A stretch of 47,440 nucleotides of DNA from Piedraia hortae CBS 480.64 (Eukaryota). Shown piece after piece: positions 12,501-23,515 of this stretch. The first letter of the stretch is position 1, and each line of letters opens with the position of its first letter. Position numbers and translations under genes: made by a program. Below the pieces are notes generated by a model that ran no database searches, was not told the origin of the DNA, and saw only the letters and a list, made by a program, of their open reading frames with translations. The stretch lies in NCBI GenBank assembly GCA_010093745.1, contig MU006037.1, forward strand, positions 1 to 47,440, written 5' to 3'.

Positions 12501-15500
12501 CACCACTGGCAACGACAAGCCCTCGTTGATCCAGAACTACAGTGAACTCGATGATCCTTTTGGGACAGTGGACAAGGTACTCGCAGCATATCCAGATGCT
12601 GACAAGCAAATCATCAATGCCCAGGATTGCCAGCATTTTCTTCTTCTGTGCCAGCGTCGTGGTCAGAAGCCCGTGCCGTTTGTGCCCTGTCTAGACGACA
12701 CGTTCGAGTTCTTCTTCAAAAAGGACTCCCTATGGCAGTCTGAAGACCTTGAAGCTGTCGTGGATCAGGATGTAGGTCGTGTTGCCATTCTGCAGGGCCC
12801 GGTAGCTGCACGCTACTCCACCAAGGTTGATGAGCCTATCAAGGACATCTTGGACGGCGTTCACGAGGGCCACATTCGCTACTTGACCAGGGACCTCTAC
12901 AGTGGTGATAAGACAAAGATTCCCGTTGTCGAGTACTTTGGCGGCAAGCTCATTGAGGCCAGCAGTGACATCGCCGTTGAGGGCATGATCGCCTCGGAGC
13001 AAGATAGCAAGATCTTGTATTGCCTCTCAGCCGTTGCCAATGTTCCCATGCCAGCTACCGATAATTGGATGCAGCTTCTTGCCGGCAAAGCTCATACCTG
13101 GCGTCATGCCTTCTTCACCACCGACGTCTTTGTTCAAGGTCAGCGGTACGATTCCAACCCCATGCACCGCATCTTTGCTCCATTCCCAGGCATGATTGTG
13201 GAAATTCAACACCCTGAAGACTGCACGCGTACGGCCATCATTGTGAAAGAACCGGTGAATGGCAAGTACGTGAACACTATCGAGATTGGTCCCATATCTT
13301 CCATGGTGATACCAGTCAATCTTATTGAACATCGCACTGCTCTGGGCACGCCTGTCCCACTACAGCTCAAGTTCAAGTATCATCCGGAAACGGGTTATGC
13401 TCCAATTAGGGAAGTTATGGAGGGTCGCAATGACCGAATCAAGGAGTTTTACTACAAGATTTGGTTTGGGAATGAAGCAGTACCTTTTGATACACCAGTG
13501 ACCAGTCGCTTTGACGGAGGTTCGGCGACAGTGAGTGGCGAAGCCATCAACGATTTTGTTCATGCAGTCGGCAACACGGGCGAAGCATTCGTGGATCGTC
13601 CCGGTAAGGAGGTTTTTGCGCCCATGGATTTTGCCATTGTGGTTGGGTGGAAAGCCATCACAAAACCCATCTTCCCCCGGCAGATTGATGGTGACCTGCT
13701 AAAGCTGGTACATCTGTCAAACAGCTTTCGCATGGTGCCGGGCGCTGCTCCATTGAAAAAGGGTGACGTGCTTCACACCACCGCTGAAGTAAATGCTGTC
13801 ATCAATCAGGACGCGGGCAAGATGGTCGAGGTGTGTGGCACCATCATGCGGGATGGTCAGAAGGTCATGGATGTTATCAGCCAGTTCCTGTACCGCGGCA
13901 CCTACACTGATTTCGAGAACACTTTCCAGCGCAAAATGGAGACCCCGGTGCAGGTCACATTGGCGACGACAAAGGACGTTGCTGTGCTCCAGTCCAAGGA
14001 ATGGTTCCAGCTAGGAGACACAAACATCGATCTGTTGGGGAAAACACTTGTCTTCAAGCTTCAAACCCTTACCAAATTCCAAAACAAGACCGTGTTCTCC
14101 AGCGTTCAGACAGTTGGCAAGGTGGAGCTAGAGTTGCCCACAAAAGAAGTCGTGACGGTTGCAGAAGTCGAGTATGAGGCCGGCATGTCGTTCGGGAATC
14201 CAGTCCTCGACTATCTTCAGCGCAACGGGCAGGAGCTAGATCAGCCTGTACACTTCGAGAACGCTATCCCGTTGAGCGGCAAGACACCTCTTGTGATCAA
14301 GGCACCAACGTTGAACGAGAATTATGCTCGTGTTTCGGGCGACTACAATCCAATCCATGTCTCGCGGGTATTCTCGAAGTATGCAAAGCTTCCCGGTACC
14401 ATTACCCATGGAATGTACACCAGCGCTGCGGTACGCAGTCTCGTGGAGACTTGGGCAGCGGAAAATCACGTCGGTCGAGTGCGCAGTTTCCACGCCTCGC
14501 TGGTCGGCATGGTGCTCCCAGACGACGCCATTGAAATCAAGCTCCAGCATGTAGGCATGATATCCGGGCGTAAGATCATCAAGGTCGAGGCAATCAAGCC
14601 GGAGACTGAGGAGAAAGTTCTTTTGGGTGAAGCTGAGGTGGAGCAGCCCGTGTCGGCGTACATTTTCACTGGCCAGGGCTCCCAGGAGCAAGGTATGGGC
14701 ATGAATCTTTACAACAGCAGCCCCGTGGCCAAGGAAGTCTGGGACCGGGCCGATAAGCACTTCCTTGACAATTATGGCTTCGCAATAACCAATATTGTCA
14801 AGAACAACCCCCAGGAGCTGACGATCCACTTCGGGGGCGCTCGTGGAAAAACCATACGCCAGAACTATATGTCCATGACCTTCGAAACGGTGGCTGCCGA
14901 TGGATCAATCAAGTCTGAGAAGATTTTCAAGGAGATTGATGAAACGACGAGCTCGTACACCTATCGCTCGCCCACGGGTTTGCTGTCTGCGACTCAGTTC
15001 ACCCAGCCGGCGCTGACATTGATGGAAAAGGCCTCGTTTGAGGACATGCGATCGAAGGGCCTGGTGCAGAGAGACAGCAGTTTTGCAGGTCACTCTCTCG
15101 GTGAATACAGTGCCCTGGCAGCCTTGGCAGAGGTAATGCCGATTGAGAGTCTGGTCTCGGTCGTCTTCTATCGCGGCTTGACGATGCAAGTCGCTGTCGA
15201 ACGCGACGAAGAGGGACGATCAAACTACTCTATGGCTGCTGTTAACCCTTCGCGCATTAGCAAGACGTTCAACGAACAAGCCCTGCAGTATGTCGTAGAA
15301 AACATTACCGAGGCAACCGGGTGGCTATTGGAGATTGTCAACCTCAACGTGGCGAATCAGCAATATGTCTGTGCAGGAGATTTGCGTGCACTGGACACCA
15401 TGACTGACGTTCTAAACTACCTCAAAGCACAAAGGATTGATATCCAAGAGTTGACGAGGACCCTAAGCCTCGAAGACGTCAAACAGCGTCTAACGGACAT

Positions 15501-15861
15501 CATCAAGGAATGTGCCAAGCGTACCGAAGCCAAACCGAAACCTCTTGACCTCCAACGCGGTTTCGCAACCATTCCCCTCAAAGGCATCGACGTACCCTTT
15601 CACTCCACCTTCTTACGCTCCGGTGTAAAACCTTTCCGATCCTTCCTCTTAAAAAAGATCAACAAGACCAGCATCGACCCAAGCAAACTAATTGGGAAGT
15701 ACATCCCCAATGTGACGGCCAAACCGTTCGAAGTCTCGCGCGAGTACTTTGAAGAAGTGTACAAGTTAACGAATTCGCCACGTATAGGGAACATTCTGGC
15801 AAACTGGGAAAAGTATGAAACAGATGAGGATGGTTCCCGGCCGCGGACGGCGACGGTGTAG
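9560..15861 (+). CDS. FAS1: Fatty acid synthase subunit beta (AT, ER, DH, MPT), ~2084 aa; exons 9560-9585 and 9633-15861
   Basis: The start MHGSGTQTG is joined through a 47-nt intron at 9586-9632 (GTGAGT, GACTGAC, CAG) to ASTPRSQAVNRPLVITHGSLE. AT motif GHSQG, ER motif GGRGGGHHSFEDFH, DH motifs SGDYNPIH and PGTITHGM, MPT motifs FTGQGSQ, GHSLGEY and DVPFHS. Confidence 0.98.
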
Positions 15862-16089
15862 ATTAGTCTGTTAAAAAGAAAATGTACATGTGTGTTTTTC
15901 TCCGTGTCGTGCTGCGCAGGGTTGGTGTGGTTTAGGTTTTTAAGTGAGATTTAACAATGGTGAGATGGGAATGGTTTCTGCTCGTGAGGGTCGTCGGAAA
16001 GTTTAGATATCATAGTTTATGCGCTTATATTTGATTGCGTAGAACGGGCGTGGTGTGTTCGAGACGTGGGGGGGGGGAGGTTTTTTTTT

Positions 16090-16114
16090 NNNNNNNNNNN
16101 NNNNNNNNNNNNNN
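16090..16114. other. Assembly gap (25 N) after poly-G/poly-T tracts
   Basis: Run of n characters preceded by G and T homopolymers. Confidence 0.99.
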
Positions 16115-16117
16115 TGG

Positions 16118-16483
16118 GTCACGTGCCACTTAGGGGTATATCGCTATATGCATGGGGGGGTTGAGTTTGGGTTAAAACGGGATGGGTAGGATGGTGATGG
16201 TGAGATATAATATTAGAATTTTTATGTCACGTGCGATGCAGGGGTATTTCGCTTGATAGATGTGGGATTGGTACTGTGTTGGAGTGAAGAGTGTGGTGTT
16301 GGTGGTAGTGATGTGGTGGAGTTTTTGCGTTAGTTACGTGCGATTTACGGGTATATTGCTAGATAGATAGGGGATTGGGATTGTGTTGGAGAGGGGTGGG
16401 GTGAAGAGAGTGGGGCTGTTGATGTTCAATTGGTGGAGCCTTGACGTTAGAGTTACATGCGACTTACGGGTATATTGCTAGAT
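16118..16483. repeat. Degenerate tandem repeat, 4 copies, period 107-119 bp, with a conserved 32-nt core
   Basis: Cores at 16118 GTCACGTGCCACTTAGGGGTATATCGCTATAT, 16226 GTCACGTGCGATGCAGGGGTATTTCGCTTGAT, 16333 GTTACGTGCGATTTACGGGTATATTGCTAGAT and 16452 GTTACATGCGACTTACGGGTATATTGCTAGAT. Confidence 0.85.
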
Positions 16484-17272
16484 TGCTAAATCGATGGTGG
16501 GAGCTGGGTTTGGATTTGGGTAGGAGAGAGGTGGGTGGGAAGGTGTTGCTATGCGAGCAGGATGTGAAACGGGGGAGAAGATTGGAGGATTCATGGGAGG
16601 TGGTACGGTGGGGATGACTGGGGGTAACTGGGCTTTTACTTTGTAAGGTTAGCTTCCGCATTTTTGAAGTGGTATCTAGAATTAATACCTGGTGAATCCT
16701 CGGGATAGAATGTACGTATAGAATACAAAGCCGAATTTTCCGAGTGTGTTGGAGAAACGATTGGAATACGACCCAGTGTCCTTGGCTTGTGGCAAGACGC
16801 GGAACACTTCCGTATCTCTTATCATAATGTCTTTTGCTGTGAGCCAGATAGAAGCTTCAAATATTAGTGCAAACCTTATATTATCTTGGATCAGCAAATT
16901 TGTCTCGAAAAGTGTAAGACGGTAAACCCTCTCATGCAGTATACAGGCAGGTCACATATGCGAACATAGAGGTCGATGCTTCCCAGGGCTTTCGTTGGAA
17001 TGAAGCCTTCGCTACTGCACGTACGCACGGTGCCTGCTATGGCTTGCACGCTTCGGCACGATAATAAAGACTATACAAGGAAAAATCTATATAGCAAAGA
17101 CAGATGAAAATTCGTCATACACCACACAAAGGGTGTGATAAAGAAAATAGAAGCAAATGGAGTTATAGTGAACAAAGAAGTCATTTGTATATAAGCTTGC
17201 TGGTGAACAGCAGAAAATAATACTTTGGACAACTCAGTATTCCACTTACTACCTTCACACTATTTCATCAAC

Positions 17273-17727
17273 TTTTACCTCCATTGGAGAAAGGTTTACT
17301 GAGGCGAGGCACAGTCCCGTTCATGCTCTGTACGTGGTCGATGACGTGGTCTCGGTGAATGCGGCTAGATCTGGGTTAGTGTGGGAAAGGTTTCGAACCT
17401 CACTTCATATAAACATAGACATCTACATTCACTTTTTCAGTCAAAGTTTGGTGAAAACTCTTGTCGTCGATATCCGCTCCCCTTTAGTCCTCGGAGGTTC
17501 ACTCCACCAACAGGTGTTGTGACCAGGTTCGTCAGCCAGACATTATCTGCAGTGTGATGTCACGGTGCACCCAGGCGACTCATCGCTTGTTTGGAGATTT
17601 CTGGGGGGAAAGTTGACATATGTGGATGATATCAATGTTCGTCAAGGTATTCCCGCTATCGTGGGCTTCATAAGCTTTAATGAGCAAAGTTCGGTCATAG
17701 TTGCGCAGACACTGAGCTGGTGCAGAG
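17273..17727 (-). repeat. Dispersed repeat, copy B (contiguous, inverted relative to copy A)
   Basis: Its reverse complement aligns colinearly to 60-282 and then directly to 1766-2005. It carries TATAAA (17408-17413, + strand) facing the NACHT-WD gene. Confidence 0.85.
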
Positions 17728-17829
17728 CAACCCCGCACTTCGTGGTTGTGTGTGCGTACAAGGCTGAACGGTGCTCATGTGATAAAAACGAACCCTGCAC
17801 GTCGTCCTTCTCCCCTCCGACACTCCAGT

Positions 17830-18802
17830 ATGCCAGAAGAGCATTCCTTATGCGGATCGGTGGAGAAGTCCAAGCTGGCCATTCGTTCCGACCTGCCTTC
17901 AGGGTCTAGTGATGCAGTTCCGAGTGCCGCTCAGCTTTCGCCGCATGTAGTCCCTCAGCTGGGCAAGCTCAAAAAGTTGGCGGTTGCTCCTTAGACAGTT
18001 CAATCACAGTTGAAATATGCGAAAGATCTGCGTCAGCTGTGCGATCAAGTTTTCCGGAAGCTCAATGAGGCAGAACGTATTGTGCTGCTAACGAAACTGG
18101 ACAGTGATGGCGATGGGACTGATGACTTGAAAGTAATCATGAAGAACGCGAAGGCGCTCTCCAAAACTGAGAAGCTTGATGAAGATAACAAAACCCTTTA
18201 TCTTATCAAAAAATTTCGAAACTCGCTCATTTGGCTTTACAACTACCGAGACTCAGGACAAACGCTTGTCAGCATGCACCCCATGCCTGCTGCTGGGATA
18301 TGGGCCGGGATAAACGCACTGATTGTGGTAAGTAGTTACCAATTACTTACCTTGGTCTTAACTAATATAAAATTTCCAGATTGCGGTCAAGCATAAGGAG
18401 CAGCAAAAGGCGCTCATTGATGCGCTTGAAGCTGTTGTCCATACCAGCAAATCCTTGAACGTGTACCATGAATGGTTCTGCAAGCTCAAGCCATCACAGC
18501 TGTCCAATGCGTTAAGCGATGATCTTATCGAGCTTTACGCCCAGGTCTATCGCATTGTGGCGAATGCCATTCTTGCGCAATCTGCGGGTTCTCTAGGGCG
18601 GTTTTGGAAGGCAATTCTAGGCAGCAACAAGTTCACCGAGTTCAAGACACGCTGCGAAGAATTGTCTATGAGAGTGCGAGATCGCTTGAGGGACTGTGAC
18701 CGCGACGAGACGAGCGCTTGGAGGGTTGAATTGGAAGAGCAGATGAACTAGCTGCAAGATGAGCTCAAGCGCGGGGTCCAGAAAGTTGAAGACAAGGTCG
18801 AT
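17830..18802 (+). pseudogene. Interrupted N-terminal coding region of the NACHT-WD40 gene (helical NWD-type N-terminal domain), with two in-frame TAGs
   Basis: ATG 17830 is in frame with ORF 18010 across TAG 17992-17994. The 52-nt intron 18328-18379 (GTAAGT..ACTAAT..CAG) joins ...AAGIWAGINALIV to IAVKHKEQQK... The frame then runs through TAG 18749-18751 (EEQMN*LQDELKRG) straight into the NACHT ORF at 18803. Confidence 0.7.
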
Positions 18803-21800
18803 ATGGCCAGCCTCTCGCTGGATTTCTCAAAGCTCGACGTAGCCGACAAGGCAACGTACAAAGCGAGCGTCAGTTTTTGCCTAGACGGTGCGCGCGTCAA
18901 GATCCTCGTGGATATCATGGACTGGGCGAAGGATTCTGGCGACCCCAAAATCCTCTGGCTCAACGGCAAGGCCGGTACTGGAAAGTCGACGATCGCCCGT
19001 ACCGTCGCTAGAAACCTCGACGAGGCTGATGTTGGAGGTGAAAAGTGCATCGTTGCCAGCTTTTTCTTCAAACGCAGCCAGGAAAACGAGAGAAACATCG
19101 CTTGCCTGGTTCCCACTCTGGCCAAGCAGCTAGCGCATAAGATGCCCAGTCTGAAGATCAGTATCGCAACTGCACTCAGAGATGACGCGGAGCTTGCTGG
19201 CGCTCGTATGGAGTACCAGTTTGAAAAGCTTCTCCAACTTCCCTTTGAGTCAATTATGCAACAGTCCCGGAGGACTGAGCGAGTCATTCTTGTGATTGAC
19301 TCTCTTGACGAATGCGGCGATGTCAAGGGCATTGAGAAGATCGTCCCACTTCTAGCCCATTTGACTAAGGTAAGCTCAGTTAACCTTCGAGTCATGATCA
19401 CGACTCGGCCAGACCGCACCACAAGGGGCATATTCAACAAAATGGATTCTCAACTACGTATGATGATGGACCTAGATGGCATGCAAGAAGAATCGATTGA
19501 AAACGACCTTCGTGTATTCTTCAATGTCGAGCTGGCCCAAATCCGTGACAAATCAAAGAGTCAAGGATTTGACGATCTCGGCGATAGCTGGCCCGGTGAG
19601 AGCAACTTCGAGGCACTAGTTCAACGATCCAAGCCGGTGTTCATTGTGGCTTCGACGATCTGCAAATTTATCGACGATGGGAGCCCTCGCAGTCGTCTGC
19701 AGGAAATGTTGAGCCAGCGTCCTGAAGACTTCTCATCGCACATGGAACAGACATATCTGCCTATCCTGCGCTATGCCAGCTTGGGTACTCACGGCAAACA
19801 ACGCCGTTCCTGGATGCGACAGTTCAGTAATATCGTTAAGCCACTCATCCTCCTGGAGCAACCGCTTTCTGCCAACTCTCTTGCGGAACTACTGAAGTGC
19901 TCTCTAAATGACATCAGGGAGGTTCTAGACCCGCTCCGTTCGGTTCTTCATGTGCCCGCCGAAAACTCCGACCCCATCATTCCCTACCATCTGTCGTTTC
20001 GGGAATTTCTGGTAGATCTGGACGGCGAGGCCCGGGCCCAATTTGGGATCGATGAAGAAGAAACCCACCGGCTGCTGCTCGACAAGTGCCTGGACCTCCT
20101 TCGCGGTATCTTTACTGATCGCGGAATGTCCGGGGGCGCCATTGAGGGCGGTATGTGTGGTCCAATGTGTCCCGGAACTTCGCCATACCGCATCAGCCGG
20201 GAAACGATCAGAGAGCACATATCGGAAGCAGTCGAGTATGCAGCGCGCTACTGGCCCAGCCATCTAATTCAATCAAACCCAGGCTCTAAAGAGCTTGAGA
20301 ACTTGGATGGCTTCCTGATGACGCATTTCCTGCATTGGATTGAGACCATGAGCTGGATGGGTGAAGTGCACGAAGTATGTGGCATCTTAAACCAGGTTCT
20401 GACACACGCTTTCTCGGTATGTTAAGCTCTGCACATGCTTTAGCGTACAGGAGAGCTGATGTTTAAACAGAAACACCAAACCCATGACTTGAAAGTTTTC
20501 TTGGACGATGCCAAGCAGTGGATCCGGGCTTTTGCAAACGCCATTAACATCTTACCGCTTCAAACATACTTGTATGCATTGATCGGCTCACCATCCAATA
20601 GCGTCTTGAGAGCCCGTTTCAAACACGTAATTGAACGTTCTACGGACATTTGCGTCACACCCAATGAGGGCTGGAATGTTCTCGCTCTGTCGCCACCATT
20701 TATCGCTGGTATCTCCAGCGTGGCTATATCGGAAGCAGGGAACACAGTCGCAGCAAGCTTGGACAATGGCTACGTTTGCCTGTGGGACGTTGACCTCGAT
20801 ACCTCTGAAGACCTATACTGTGTCGACGAAGATGAAGACCACATTCAAAAACTATTCTTCACGCCGAGTGGAGACGAGTTGGTATCGATCTCCTCCGACT
20901 GTGTACGAATGATAAACGTCAAGACAAAGTCTGAACAAGTCCTGTTTGAGAAGAGAACCCATCCAGACTCGATCGTTGGTATCACGCAGAATCTACAACT
21001 TGTTGCCTTGGAGTCAGAAGACCATATTGTACTCCATGACGTGAAGACCAACGAGGAGAGCTTTCGGATTAGTCAAAATGTCGGGCAGCACTCTCCAGTC
21101 ATCTTTTCGCCCGATGGTGGGATGCTGGCCTTTACATCGTCCGATTATTCGGTGAGAGTCTGGTCTACACAATCGAGAGAGGAGATGTCTGTACTACCAG
21201 GCGGTTCGAGCCATGTACAATGTCTTGCTTTTTCACCGGACGGAAGCCGTCTAGCCTCCGGGGACGAAGATGGCACAGTACGCGTATGGGATACAAACAC
21301 TTGGTCACAAACTGAAATGCGTGAGCTCCGCGGAAGTCCTTCACAACTGGCGTTCACACCAAGGGGAGAGGGTTTGGTCGTATCATTTGTGAAGGAAACT
21401 GGTTATGACCTGTTGGCCATGGGCGAGAGTGAATGGTTTAACTGTGATGTGCGCCGTACGATTAGTGCTATTGCATCCTCGTCAGGCAGTAACAAGATGG
21501 TGATCGGACAGTATGATGGCCAATTGGTAATACACGACTTGAGCGATGAATTGACTCGCCTTCAGTCCCAGGCATTTCTTTCAGAGATAACCGCCATGAC
21601 GGCTTTAGCCGACGGCCATACTATCGCTATCGGAATGAAGGGAGTGTCGCTGCAATTGCTTGACATCGAGAAGGTACCCCATCAAGGAAGGGTGCTCGAG
21701 GGCCACACTGATTATGTGACCGTCATGAAGCTTTCGCCTGATGGACGAAAGCTGGCCACGGGCTCTGATGATAAATCTGTGCGTCTTTGGGATACAGACC

Positions 21801-22879
21801 AAGCAGTGCAAGTGTCGGTGATGGTGGGCCACTCTTCGTGGGTAACTGCTCTAGCATTCTCTCCAGACGGTGACAGAATAGCGTCAGGGTCGGACGATCG
21901 CACCGTGCGGGTCTGGAATGCAAGAACGGGAAATCAAGAGTCCATATTCACTGAGCACCTTGCAGCGCTGAGAACCGTCACGTTTTCACCGAATGGATCA
22001 ACGGTTGCATCTGGTGATAAAGATGGCAGTGCGAGGCTTTGGAGTGCAAAAGATGGAAATCATATATCAAGCTCTACACGAGACGATGCAATTGCAACAT
22101 GCAACGAGGATGTTAACTTTGACGAGGACCCCTTTACACGGGTTGACAAAAACGTCTTTTCAGAGGATGGATGCAGTGTTGCAACTTTAAGCTCTGGCTC
22201 AGATCAGAACCATGCCGTTCGGGTCTGGGATGCCCGCACTGGTGACTTAAAGTCCATCATCCTGGGACTGATGTTCCCCCCTGCTGTTAGCTTTTCACCG
22301 GCAGGAAAAGTCGTAGTAGCAGGGCAATGGACGAGAACTGCATGGAGGTGGAGAGCGAAGATCGAAACGCTTGATTTTGATCTTTACTGGCCAAATGGCC
22401 AGGCTGTTCTTCGTGCACCATTCTCCGAAAATCACGTGGAGGACGGCCAGAACGTAGAACCTTCCGTAGGGCAGTGGTTCGAAGCACATTACCCTGAATT
22501 TCCAGTCTATAAGCCGCACTTCTGCACAACCTTCCCTCCCTGGAATATTTGGGAAGGCCGACTTACTTACGGGGGTTGTGACGTGTTCCTAACCCCATAC
22601 CGCGAACCATATCATGCCTTTTGGGAGGATAGCATAGTATTCGGGGCTGATGTGGACAAATTGACCGTCATAAGGTTCATAAGCGAGTGGCTTGCCAAAG
22701 TAAGAGAGCTTCAGCAATATTGTTACTGTTCGGAACTGTGGATTGAGGACCCTCCATTTCGGCCATTCTTGGATTTCGATAGTGACATTGAAGAGAGTCC
22801 TTCAGAAAATGCTTATTCAGCAGAAAACCCTCCAGAAGGAAGTTGTTCAAACGAAGGCTCCTCAAAAGAGGACAGATAA
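18803..22879 (+). CDS. NACHT-WD40 protein (fungal NLR, HET-E/NWD-like), 1340 aa from Met 18803; exons 18803-20416 and 20471-22879
   Basis: CLDGARVKILVDIMDW, Walker A GKAGTGKST, SFFFKR, Walker B LVIDSLDEC, HLSFREFL, YAARYWPSHL and FLHWIETMSW. A 54-nt intron at 20417-20470 (GTATGT..GCTGAT..CAG). Multiple WD40 repeats (LEGHTDYVTVMKLSPDGRKLATGSDDKSVRLWD; GHSSWVTALAFSPDGDRIASGSDDRTVRVWN). Confidence 0.9.
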
Positions 22880-23515
22880 TGGAAAGCCATCTGAAGGAGG
22901 GTCAGGTTGTTATGAGTTTTGCGTGTAGTGGTGTTGAGCAATGGTAACTACATGTACACATGGAATCGTCAGGGTTAACTGATGAGATTTATGAGTATGA
23001 TTGAAATCGTATATGAGAGATGTCCATCTCATCTCCCTGCAAATCTGCATATCACGCGGGGCGAGGGTCAGAAACCTCTGAGGGCATCCATCTGCCCCAG
23101 CTCTTGTATATTTTAATTGCTCTGCCCCAGCGGAAAGAGAAGTGCGAAAGTTTAATGCAGCAGGGTTGGGAGGAGGAGGTTGATACCTTGTTTGATGTGC
23201 ACTCGTGTTGCAACTAGCTCTCAGCGCCTACGCCTCGAAGATGAGTCTCCTTGCTTCGGGTGCGGCAGTCTGCGCCGTTTAGGCAACGATTCAGCTTCAA
23301 TATGTAGGATTAATTATGCGGGAAATGGATGTTCAACTTGGCAAATGTTTAAAGTTAAAAGATAACTCACGCGCACACGCGAACAGCCGGCCGAAGCCTT
23401 CCAGATGGCATATCAGCGTGCTAGACTAGAAACCACTCACGCTCATTTAGCCCATCTCGCCAGCCTCGTAGGGGCGTGCCAAGAGCATAAATGTGAAGGG
23501 TTAAATAATGCAGAA

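Noticed and set aside
3821..15794. Numerous long antisense or alternative-frame ORFs inside FAS2 and FAS1 (e.g. 4605-5720, 11158-11865)
   Set aside because: These are shadow ORFs caused by the codon bias of the real genes.
3389..15861. FAS pair as a secondary-metabolite (aflatoxin/HexA-HexB-type) FAS cluster
   Set aside because: The sequences have the highly conserved primary-metabolism termini and motifs. No PKS, NRPS or tailoring genes are nearby, and the divergent arrangement is the usual one in filamentous ascomycetes.
16118..16483. CRISPR-like look (32-nt repeats with spacers)
   Set aside because: The context is eukaryotic, there are no cas genes, the repeats are degenerate, and the spacers are 75-87 nt. 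Spacers 2 and 3 resemble each other, so this is a tandem repeat.
17830..18000. Amyloid signalling motif (HET-s, PP or sigma type) at the NLR N-terminus
   Set aside because: There is no N/Q/G-rich pseudo-repeat or GxQxG-like pattern, and no adjacent HeLo/HELL effector gene is recognisable.
20471..22400. High-internal-conservation WD repeats as in het-e/het-d allorecognition genes
   Set aside because: The repeats are clearly divergent from one another at protein level, so there is no sign of concerted repeat shuffling.
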